Origin: an uncultured Anaerolineae bacterium
GTDB lineage: Bacteria; Chloroflexota; Anaerolineae; Aggregatilineales; UBA3940
Direction of reading: 5' to 3'
DNA length: 64,000 bases
NCBI GenBank assembly: GCA_964390105.1
Contig: CAYMGV010000004.1
Span: 3,951 to 67,950, forward strand
Part shown: piece after piece, positions 20,696 through 29,229 of the stretch
How positions within the stretch are numbered: the stretch's first letter is position 1
How the letters are laid out: each line of letters opens with the position of its first letter
The notes under the pieces: model-generated
What the model saw: only the letters and a program-made list of their open reading frames with translations
Told to the model about the DNA's origin: nothing
Databases searched by the model: none
Translations under genes and position numbers: made by a program

Positions 20696-22981
20696 TCAAA
20701 CACTCCGGTTTCGCAGCAGCCCCCATACAACAGCGCCGACTACGCCCAATAAACTCAACACACTGATCAGCCCGCCGATGCGTAGACTTACCGGTCTGTA
20801 ATGCCAGCGAACCACATGCTGCCCGGCTTCGATCTTAATGGCACGAAAAGCCCGGTTAGCTCGCAGGACGGGAACTGGATCGCCATCTACCTCAGCTATC
20901 CATCCGGGATAATAGGTGTCCAGCAGCAGTAGATAGGCGGCCCCCGCTGCGTTCACCTCGATGACGATTTCACCGTTTGATGAATCTTCAACAACAGCGA
21001 TGCCCCCCTCCCCCACAGGAACACATGACACGCTTTTGCCGCCCGGTTGGCAGGCCGCCAGTGCTGCACGCGGCCACGGGTTTGGCAGTTGGTAGGCATA
21101 GACCGGGCCATGTACAGCGATCTGTTCCAGCAGAAGATCATCCCGTGCGGAGAGCCACACTGCTGCGCCCATTTCTTCATAGAATAAGACCGCCTGTTCC
21201 GATGGCAGGTCGTCCCCTTCTCTAAGTAAGGCGGCATGGACGCCGACCTGCAGCGGTTCGAAGATCGATATGGACGGCACACCGTATCCCATGTTCAGGT
21301 TGGGCAGATACGATGCCCGGTATGATTGCCAGTGTGCGCCGTCATCACCCAGGAACCCCCGGAAGGTCAGGTAGTCATCTTCACCCGTGCCTGATTCCTC
21401 CTCAACCCCATCGCGGAAGCTGATGTCCTGCTCGTCAGCAGGCGGCATAATCACCCGCCCACCCTCGGCGGCCTCGCGCACGACATCAACAAATGGATCG
21501 CTCACCGGGTCGTAGAAACGGGCTGATTGCGTTGGGATCAGGCCCCAATGCGCAGAAACGAGGTCAACCGCCAGAACGGCGACCACAATAAGCACGAAAT
21601 ACGGCTCCCAATTAACATTTCTATCAGCGTGACGCCGCAGCAGCAGTACCCCGCAGGCCGCAGCCAATACCACAGCCAGGCGCACGGTACCCTTTATCAA
21701 TACCGGCTCAACCGCAAGCCCCATGTAACGCACCGCACCAACCGCGATCAACAAGGCAATACCAATCACAATCCCCCGCTTGGCCCAGCTATGCCCGGCG
21801 CGGCGCGTTGTCCAGCCACTGGCTCCGATTGCACCTAAAACCGACAGGCCAGCCACGACGAGGATCATCCACCGGGCCGGGCTGCGGAACATATCAAACG
21901 TGGGAACATGCTCATAGAAGAAGGGGAAGATCGGCGTGTTTTTGCCGAGCGCAAAGACAGTGGCAGTGACGACCACGATCAGGTAGAACGGCACCAGTGA
22001 CAGGTGCGAAGGCGGCTCAATGCCCCGGCGCTCCCGCTGCCATGTGCTGATCGCACGAAGGGCCAGCAGCAGGGCCAGCAGACCGCCGTAGGTAGCATCC
22101 TCCCAGTAGGCACCATATCCGATATAACTATCCGCCGCCGGGGTGCCAAACAGGTTGGGTGATAACCACGTCAGGAAGCGCGCCGGGGAATACGAGTACG
22201 TCAGTGCGATCTCGGGATCAGTACCGCCAGACCGCTGTGAGAGCATCAGCAGTTCCGCCGTCGGGGCAAGCTGGGCCGCTGCGATACCGGCACCTAATAA
22301 CACGCCAGCCAGCGCCAGCCCCATGAAACGCCAGCGATCCGGGCGGCGCGCCGCCCGGAATATCACATAGGCTGCCCCTAGCAGCAGTGCATAAAACGCG
22401 GTCTGTGCGTGGCCGCCCAGCAGCAGCAACGCCGTGATGATGGGCAGCATCCATATCGCCCGCTGAAACGAGCGGCTTCCTGTCTCGTTCAGTGCCAGCC
22501 CATCCAGCGCCCACAGCAGCCACGGAATCCAGATCGCGGTATTGATGATACTGGGAAACAGCATCTTGCTGATCAGAAACCCATTCAATGCAAATGACAA
22601 TGTGCCGACCGCCTGCGCGATCAGGTCGAGGCCCAGCCGCCGCAGGTAAGCCAACATACCCAGCCCACCAATGATGACGCTGATCATCATCACAAGACCA
22701 ATGGCGTAGCGCGTCGGAATCAGCAGGTTAAGCCAGTTAAGCGGATACAGGATCGCGGTCTGGTAGTTTGCCAGCAGCGGTGAGCCGCTGCCCGCAAGCC
22801 CGTTCCACAGCGGCATCTGCCCCTCGCGCAGCATCGAGAAGGCCATCTCCTGCCATGGGTAGAACTGCAACGAGATCGTGCCCCAATACAACACCTCACC
22901 GATCAGCAGCCGATGAAACAAAACCGCCACCGACAGGATCAGCACAGCGGGGACCAACCACAAACGCAGGCGCTCACTCAT
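20696..22981 (-). CDS. YfhO-family membrane protein (GT-C)
   Basis: QFYPW, PLWN..GSPL, GGHAQ, FRSPARW, C-terminal DTYYPGW..VDG..ANRAFRA..YRP module; ATG 22981 overlaps the upstream gene. Confidence 0.87.
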   Translation of the reverse strand: MSERLRLWLVPAVLILSVAVLFHRLLIGEVLYWGTISLQFYPWQEMAFSMLREGQMPLWNGLAGSGSPLLANYQTAILYPLNWLNLLIPTRYAIGLVMMISVIIGGLGMLAYLRRLGLDLIAQAVGTLSFALNGFLISKMLFPSIINTAIWIPWLLWALDGLALNETGSRSFQRAIWMLPIITALLLLGGHAQTAFYALLLGAAYVIFRAARRPDRWRFMGLALAGVLLGAGIAAAQLAPTAELLMLSQRSGGTDPEIALTYSYSPARFLTWLSPNLFGTPAADSYIGYGAYWEDATYGGLLALLLALRAISTWQRERRGIEPPSHLSLVPFYLIVVVTATVFALGKNTPIFPFFYEHVPTFDMFRSPARWMILVVAGLSVLGAIGASGWTTRRAGHSWAKRGIVIGIALLIAVGAVRYMGLAVEPVLIKGTVRLAVVLAAACGVLLLRRHADRNVNWEPYFVLIVVAVLAVDLVSAHWGLIPTQSARFYDPVSDPFVDVVREAAEGGRVIMPPADEQDISFRDGVEEESGTGEDDYLTFRGFLGDDGAHWQSYRASYLPNLNMGYGVPSISIFEPLQVGVHAALLREGDDLPSEQAVLFYEEMGAAVWLSARDDLLLEQIAVHGPVYAYQLPNPWPRAALAACQPGGKSVSCVPVGEGGIAVVEDSSNGEIVIEVNAAGAAYLLLLDTYYPGWIAEVDGDPVPVLRANRAFRAIKIEAGQHVVRWHYRPVSLRIGGLISVLSLLGVVGAVVWGLLRNRSV

Positions 22982-24635
22982 TGCATCCACTTTCTGCCAC
23001 CGCCACCGGAACCTGCTCAACCGCACACGGCTCGACACAACCCACCTCGTACAGCAGATAGCCGTCATTCCCGGCAATCTGCGCAAGGCCAAGCAAGTCA
23101 GGTTCAAAGCACAGCCCGGCACAATCCCTCGTGTCATCCGGGGTCAGCAATATATACGATGCGCCTGAAATCTCAAGAAGCTGCTGGCTTTCCTCGGTGG
23201 TCAGGAAGCCGGAAAAGAACGCCCTGACGATCTCCTCCTTGACGGCACGATCCAGTGTCTCGGAGCGATGCCCCTGGAAAGCCAGCACCGGCGCATAGCC
23301 CGGCAGCAGGCTGCCCGCATCGACGTTGCTGATCACCACCGGGTAGCCCTCAGCTTCAGCCCGCAGAACCGAGAACGTATCGATCAGTGCCCCCTCGATG
23401 TACATCGGCGGCGTGGGGTTCATCGCTACGAAGAGGCCCCCCAGCACAAGGACCAACGAGGAAGGGGTCAGCATCAGCAGGATGCCCGCCACCCGCAGTT
23501 TGCGATAATCAACAAGCCGCCACACACCGTATGACGCGAGGACCGCCAGCGGCACGATTACGCCTTCCAGCAGGCGGCGCTGTACCGTCAATGGCAGGTA
23601 GACCATGATTGCGGTCAACACCGGCCAGATCAAGATAAGCTGCAACACCGGTTCTTCGCGCCGAATCCACAGGCCGGGCACCGCACGGATGGCGAGGTAC
23701 AGTGGTACGCCATAAGCCAGCAAGTACTTCCAGCCCGGCGGCGAGCCAAGAATATTCTGTGAAGACCACTGGGCAAACGAGGGGTTCGACTGGAACAGCC
23801 ACAGGTTGTACAGCAAATACGGCAGCGCAATCCCGCCCGCAATGGCAGCATATGTGAACGCCCGCAGCGGAAAGACCTGCGTCACCCCCCATCGAAACGC
23901 CAGCCACCCCGCGATCAGCAGGCCCACCAACCCAATATAGAACGGTACAAGGAATCCCATCAGCAGCCAGCTTCCGCCCGCCGCCAGCGCCCAGCACCAC
24001 CCCTCCTCACGCAAGGCGCGGAACAACAGCCACCAGCCAAACAGCAGCGCCGCCCGCGCCAGCAGTAAATGCGGCAGTCCGTACAGCGACAGCCACGTGA
24101 ACGCCTCCGGCACATACATCTCAACCGGGAGCGTATCCCATGTACTGGGCAGGAACAGCAGCAAAACCCAGCCCAGACCACCAATGACCACCGCCAACAT
24201 CCACGCAAAACGACGCTGCCCCGGGGCCTCGACTACATCGGCAATAAAACGATACAGCACCACAAACAGCACCCCGGCGTTGATCACGCGGGCCGCATGA
24301 AAGATACCCAGCAGGATACCCGGTTCGATGCGGGCCCCCTGCCCACTGACCAGCCCGCTGATATACCCCAGCAGCAGGTAATAGGTGAAGATCAGACCGC
24401 CTGCCTGATCCTCATGGGTGTACAGCAGCCGGAAATTCAGCGTGCCGGAGGCTCCAAGGCGCATCTTGGCAAGGTAGGACTGTGTATCATCCAGCCCAAA
24501 CAACAGCCCGCCGAAGCGCAGGGAATCGGTGGAGTTGAGCGCCCCCATGAGATAGGGCAACCCGGTAAACAGGATCAGCAGCAGGCCCACGCCTGCCACC
24601 CAGCGCCATTCCGACGCCGTGATCTTACGCATCAT
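22974..24635 (-). CDS. Polytopic membrane protein, probable GT-C; paralog of 26723..28372
   Basis: DDTQSYLAKM, YTHE, PEA, PH, QRR and GHRSET motifs shared with the paralog. Confidence 0.75.
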   Translation of the reverse strand: MMRKITASEWRWVAGVGLLLILFTGLPYLMGALNSTDSLRFGGLLFGLDDTQSYLAKMRLGASGTLNFRLLYTHEDQAGGLIFTYYLLLGYISGLVSGQGARIEPGILLGIFHAARVINAGVLFVVLYRFIADVVEAPGQRRFAWMLAVVIGGLGWVLLLFLPSTWDTLPVEMYVPEAFTWLSLYGLPHLLLARAALLFGWWLLFRALREEGWCWALAAGGSWLLMGFLVPFYIGLVGLLIAGWLAFRWGVTQVFPLRAFTYAAIAGGIALPYLLYNLWLFQSNPSFAQWSSQNILGSPPGWKYLLAYGVPLYLAIRAVPGLWIRREEPVLQLILIWPVLTAIMVYLPLTVQRRLLEGVIVPLAVLASYGVWRLVDYRKLRVAGILLMLTPSSLVLVLGGLFVAMNPTPPMYIEGALIDTFSVLRAEAEGYPVVISNVDAGSLLPGYAPVLAFQGHRSETLDRAVKEEIVRAFFSGFLTTEESQQLLEISGASYILLTPDDTRDCAGLCFEPDLLGLAQIAGNDGYLLYEVGCVEPCAVEQVPVAVAESGCNE

Positions 24636-26748
24636 TCCCCCTTCTCAGCACGCCCCACCAGCCCAGCATCAGCAGCATCGTCATGATGGATACTGCCAGC
24701 CCTGCAAACACAGGGGCCGGGCGATAAGCCAGTGTCAGCCTGATCTGATCCCCGGAAACCGGCACTGAGATCAGGCCGTCATGATCACTCACCGGAACCA
24801 ATTCGCCATCCACGGTGACATGCCAGCCGGGGTCATAAGCCATCGCTATCACAAGCGGGTCCTCACCATTTACTGCAATGACCTGCTCATCAAACGGGCG
24901 GTTCGGTGCAGCGTCACAATCAGGCGTGAGAGCCGGGGTATCCAGGTGATACAGCAGCCTGCCATCCACAGGCGTACCGTCCATTCCTTCCAGCGGGACT
25001 GCCGATATCACCCAGCGCACGCCCAGCGCCGCCAGCAGCTCCACATCTGGCGTGATCCCGGCTAAAGCCAGCTCAAGTGCGGTATCTTCTTGTTCAAGCG
25101 GCGGCAGAGCAGGCACCACCACCGAATACGCCAACCGCGTCACCCCGGCAGCCCTCTCGATCAGCGACGTCGATGCGGCCAACTGATAGGGATCAACTGC
25201 ATGCAGCGTCGGGATGCGATTGGCTGCCGCAGCCGGGCCGATCAGATCAAACGACGGGGAGTAGACTCGCCCGCAGTCCTCACCGATGGCCTCGATCAAT
25301 GCGATGTCCTGTCCCTGCCGGTTCATGAGAGGCCGACCTTCGACCAATGTTGTCGCCATCCATGCCGACATGATCACCTGAACGGCCATCAGCAGCCACA
25401 GGCCAGCAACTCGCGAGGTGGTTGATCGGCGGATACTATCCCACCAGATACCGCCCGCCGCCAGCGCCAGGGTCAGCCCACCGATGGCAAGCGTCCCGGT
25501 GTCGGCATCCAGCAGCAGCGCTCCGATGCCGGTCAATGCACCGCCCGCCATCAGCACAAATGCACCAACCTGTGCCCGGTTCGGTAGTGGATCGTCGATC
25601 AGACGCTGGAGGACCAGTGCAGCCAGCAGCGCCGCAGCCCAGGCGACGACAAACCACATCCGTGAAGGTACCCGGAACCAGCTCACCGCCGGGATAATCC
25701 GCAGCAGCAGCGGGAACAGGCCGCCGTACTCGCCCAGTGACCAGGCCACACCCAATACGATTAAGCCGCACAGCAGGCCAACCTGCCAGCGTGCCCGCTG
25801 AAACACAGCCGACACAAAAAACAACGCGGTCAGCACGCCGGGGCCCAGATAGGTCATCCACTCATGGAAGCCACCCGCATCCGGCATCAGCAGGCCGACG
25901 AGGTAGACCGGCGGCAGCGAGAATACCATCGCATCCGTCGCTGTGATGGCAGCGCGGGTCAGCGCGCTGCCTTCCGTCAGCAGAGGCAGTACCCGTACAA
26001 ACGTCAACCCGATGATGAGGGTCAACGCGCCCCCACCCCATTTGATCAGGCCGGTGATTTGCAGCTCATCCTCGCGGTCAAGATGACGGGCCAGCGCATA
26101 TAACACAACAAAGGGCAGCAAATAGAATGCGATGCGTACATCGGCCATGATGACCATGGCACTGAGGGCGGCGGCCCCCATCATCGCACGGGCGGATCGT
26201 TTCTCGATCAGGTTGAGCCATGCAACCATCGCCCACGGCACCCACGCCAGCGCATACAAAATATCAAGATGCCCGGCACCCAGGTGAGCCAGCATCCTGG
26301 GCATCAGCGCCAGCGCCCCCGCCAGCAGCAGGGATGGCACGCGCCCCAGGTCGAGCCGGTAGCCCAGCCGTATTGCACCGGCAGCCAACAGCAGCATATG
26401 ATGATAGATCAACAGATTGAGATGCAGTGATGGGGGAACAAGCAGTACCAGCCACTGCGGCGGATACCATGCCAGCGTCAGCGGGTTGGCAGCGAAGGGC
26501 TGCCCCAACATCCGATCCGGGTTCCACAACGGAAACTGCCCGAACTGATGGACGCTGCTGCGGATAAACCACGCATTCGGCCAGTGAGAGAGGGCCGCAT
26601 CGGAGAAATCAGCACCCGGGGTAAAAGGAAGCTGCCCCGGCGGAATCAACAGCGCCACACCAACCGTCAGCAGCAGCACAAAGCTCGCTTCGGGCCAGTA
26701 TGTCCGCAGCAACAACCCGGCCCTACTGCCCCCGGAGTTCATCAGCAT
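24625..26748 (-). CDS. YfhO-family membrane protein (GT-C)
   Basis: SDAALSHWP, PLWNP..GQPFAANP, FRVPSRM, C-terminal YDPGWHVTVDG..YRP. Confidence 0.83.
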   Translation of the reverse strand: MLMNSGGSRAGLLLRTYWPEASFVLLLTVGVALLIPPGQLPFTPGADFSDAALSHWPNAWFIRSSVHQFGQFPLWNPDRMLGQPFAANPLTLAWYPPQWLVLLVPPSLHLNLLIYHHMLLLAAGAIRLGYRLDLGRVPSLLLAGALALMPRMLAHLGAGHLDILYALAWVPWAMVAWLNLIEKRSARAMMGAAALSAMVIMADVRIAFYLLPFVVLYALARHLDREDELQITGLIKWGGGALTLIIGLTFVRVLPLLTEGSALTRAAITATDAMVFSLPPVYLVGLLMPDAGGFHEWMTYLGPGVLTALFFVSAVFQRARWQVGLLCGLIVLGVAWSLGEYGGLFPLLLRIIPAVSWFRVPSRMWFVVAWAAALLAALVLQRLIDDPLPNRAQVGAFVLMAGGALTGIGALLLDADTGTLAIGGLTLALAAGGIWWDSIRRSTTSRVAGLWLLMAVQVIMSAWMATTLVEGRPLMNRQGQDIALIEAIGEDCGRVYSPSFDLIGPAAAANRIPTLHAVDPYQLAASTSLIERAAGVTRLAYSVVVPALPPLEQEDTALELALAGITPDVELLAALGVRWVISAVPLEGMDGTPVDGRLLYHLDTPALTPDCDAAPNRPFDEQVIAVNGEDPLVIAMAYDPGWHVTVDGELVPVSDHDGLISVPVSGDQIRLTLAYRPAPVFAGLAVSIMTMLLMLGWWGVLRRGNDA

Positions 26749-28372
26749 CGTAGATCGCTACACCACCATTGCTAAAAACAGGATGGGCCGTACCCAGGCA
26801 GGCTTCATATCCATCACCGATGGCGCGTTCCTGCCGACCCACGACCACATACGCCACGTCTTCGTTCCGCAGCACATCACACTCGCCGTCGGCATAGAAG
26901 GCAGTGACTGCCTGCTCACGGGTCTGTGCGTCGAGGGTCTCATAAGGATGAGCATAAACCACCCGCTGATCAGACAGCGGCATATAAAGGCTGATAATGG
27001 GCGATGCCAGTACCACCGAATCGGGAACGGCATCTTCAGAGGCCAGCCAATTCAACGCAGCCTGTTCTTCCTGTGTGATGAAGTAGTAGTTATCCCGGAC
27101 CTGCTCACGAATCGGCACAATGGCCGCCAGGGGCACAAAGATCGCAACCAGCGTTGTCGGCAGAATCAGGGCAAACACCGCACTCAGCATCAAGGCACGG
27201 TGGGCACCCGCAAGGCCGGGGATGATGATGCGCCACAACCCGATCCCGGCAAACACCCCCAGCGGGAACATCAGGCCCATAGCAAAGCGACGCTGCAAGG
27301 CAAACGGCGTATACAACAGCACGATGCAGGCCAGCAGCCACCCTAGCAAAAAGACATGCCCGGCATCCAGTCGATCCCGCATGCCGTATATCCCTACCCC
27401 GGCAAAGGCCAGCATTGGGCCAAAGGCGATCAGATAATCCCACACCGGTGGGGATAATGTAATGTTCTGTAATGTCCACCCATGCAAAATCGGATTGTTG
27501 GATGAGACCGCCCACACAATATAAAGGTAGAACGGCAGGCCGAAGATCAGCAGAATCGCCCCCCATGAAAACTCTCTGACCGGGAACGTTTTGCGCTTGA
27601 TCCAGCTATAGATCAACGAAACGCCAAACCCCACAGCCACCGGGATCAGCACAAAAGCCTGCATGTTAACCAGCACCAGTGTCCCCACGGCAAGAAACAC
27701 CGTATAGGGGTTGAGTTCAGGATGCGGGCTGACTTCACCAAAGACGTTGACCGTCAACACATGAACGATGAACAGCACCAGTGCCAGCGCCCACGGGAAG
27801 TGCGCGTTGACATAGGCCGCCTGAAGTGGAAAGGCTTCTGGCAAAATCAGCAGGTCCGGGGTCAACCGGCCAAATGCCGCCGCAATCGCCCCGAAGCCAC
27901 TGCCCAGTACAATCAGCGCCCACGTCAGCCGACGCTGGCGCACATCCTCGGTCCAATCCGCCACGAAGCGGTAAACCGAGGCAAACATAAACACGCCACC
28001 CAGCACGCGGGCACCGTTATACATCACAATCAGCGGCAGATTCAGGAAACGGGCGACATGACCAAGCAGCATGTGGAAGGTGAACAGAAAGACACCGTCA
28101 TGGGGTTCAGACGTATAAGGCAGCGTAAACAGCCAGCTTCCGCTGAACCCCTGGTGCATCTTGGCAAGGTACGACATGCCATCGATGGGGTTAATCAGCA
28201 GGCCCGAAAACACCATATCTTGCGAGGCAACTACATAACCCCACAGGTACGGGATCGAGATGACCAACAGCAGGACTGCGCTGAAGATCACCACCCACTG
28301 CCATTCTGATTGTTCGATCTGACCATGTAACGCTGTAGGGCGGATCCGCTCGGCCCGGTTAGAGTTCATCAC
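26723..28372 (-). CDS. Polytopic membrane protein, probable GT-C; first gene of the glycosylation cluster
   Basis: IDGMSYLAKM, YTSE, PEA, QRR, AHPYET; many TM helices. Confidence 0.75.
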   Translation of the reverse strand: MMNSNRAERIRPTALHGQIEQSEWQWVVIFSAVLLLVISIPYLWGYVVASQDMVFSGLLINPIDGMSYLAKMHQGFSGSWLFTLPYTSEPHDGVFLFTFHMLLGHVARFLNLPLIVMYNGARVLGGVFMFASVYRFVADWTEDVRQRRLTWALIVLGSGFGAIAAAFGRLTPDLLILPEAFPLQAAYVNAHFPWALALVLFIVHVLTVNVFGEVSPHPELNPYTVFLAVGTLVLVNMQAFVLIPVAVGFGVSLIYSWIKRKTFPVREFSWGAILLIFGLPFYLYIVWAVSSNNPILHGWTLQNITLSPPVWDYLIAFGPMLAFAGVGIYGMRDRLDAGHVFLLGWLLACIVLLYTPFALQRRFAMGLMFPLGVFAGIGLWRIIIPGLAGAHRALMLSAVFALILPTTLVAIFVPLAAIVPIREQVRDNYYFITQEEQAALNWLASEDAVPDSVVLASPIISLYMPLSDQRVVYAHPYETLDAQTREQAVTAFYADGECDVLRNEDVAYVVVGRQERAIGDGYEACLGTAHPVFSNGGVAIYDADELRGQ

Positions 28373-28508
28373 AAAACGCTCACTGTCTCAAGCGAAATAC
28401 TGAGTGGTAGGCAGACAATTGGTGTGCCCTTTTAGGCAGTAGTATAATGAGATTCGCACCGTCTAGAAAGTTACAAATTCATCACTATTAACAAAACAGG
28501 CAGGATAC

Positions 28509-29207
28509 GTGAATCAGGCAGGCTTATTATACCAGTTACAGCAAATGGATAGTCAGCGTGATGGCATCCTGAAACGGCTGAAGGAAGTTGAGCAGCGGCT
28601 CAGTGAGAATGCGGCCATCCGTACCGCTCAGTCTCAGCTTGAGCTGACGAAGGAATCCGCAGCTACCTGGCAGAAGCGCCTGAAAGAACTTGAACTGGAG
28701 CGCACCCAACTGAAGACTGAATCTGACACGACCGAAGAACGGCTCTACAGTGGTCGCGTTTCCAATCCCCGTGAGTTGACCGATCTGCAGAACAAACTGG
28801 CGGAACTCAAGCAGCGGCACGAATCACTGGAAGACCCCCTGCTGGAAGCGATGGAAGGTGTTGAGGCATCCGGCCAGGCGGTGATCGAGGCTGATACCGA
28901 ACTGGCGCAGGTCAAGGCCGCTGAAGCCGATAGGATGGGTGAGCTTCTCAGCGAACAGGGAGAGCTTGAACCTCAATTGCAGGCGCTGAATGATGACATC
29001 GAACAAGCCCGGCAAAAGATCGATGCCGGTTCACTCCAAACCTACGATCTCTTACGAACCCCCCCCAGCAAGCTTGCTGTTACAGCGCTGTCCGGGGATG
29101 CCTGTGGCGCTTGCGGGGTCGAACTGACCACCCGCGATGTTCAACTTGTGCGGCGGGGGCGTGTCGTTCAGTGCCCCACCTGCCAGCGCATCCTTGCCAC
29201 GAGCTAG
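28509..29207 (+). CDS. Coiled-coil protein with a C-terminal C4 zinc ribbon (DUF164-like)
   Basis: LYQLQQMDS start, long coiled coil, CGAC...CPTCQRIL; TATAAT at 28443. Confidence 0.9.
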   Translation: MNQAGLLYQLQQMDSQRDGILKRLKEVEQRLSENAAIRTAQSQLELTKESAATWQKRLKELELERTQLKTESDTTEERLYSGRVSNPRELTDLQNKLAELKQRHESLEDPLLEAMEGVEASGQAVIEADTELAQVKAAEADRMGELLSEQGELEPQLQALNDDIEQARQKIDAGSLQTYDLLRTPPSKLAVTALSGDACGACGVELTTRDVQLVRRGRVVQCPTCQRILATS

Positions 29208-29229
29208 TCACGCACAAAGGAGGGGACTT

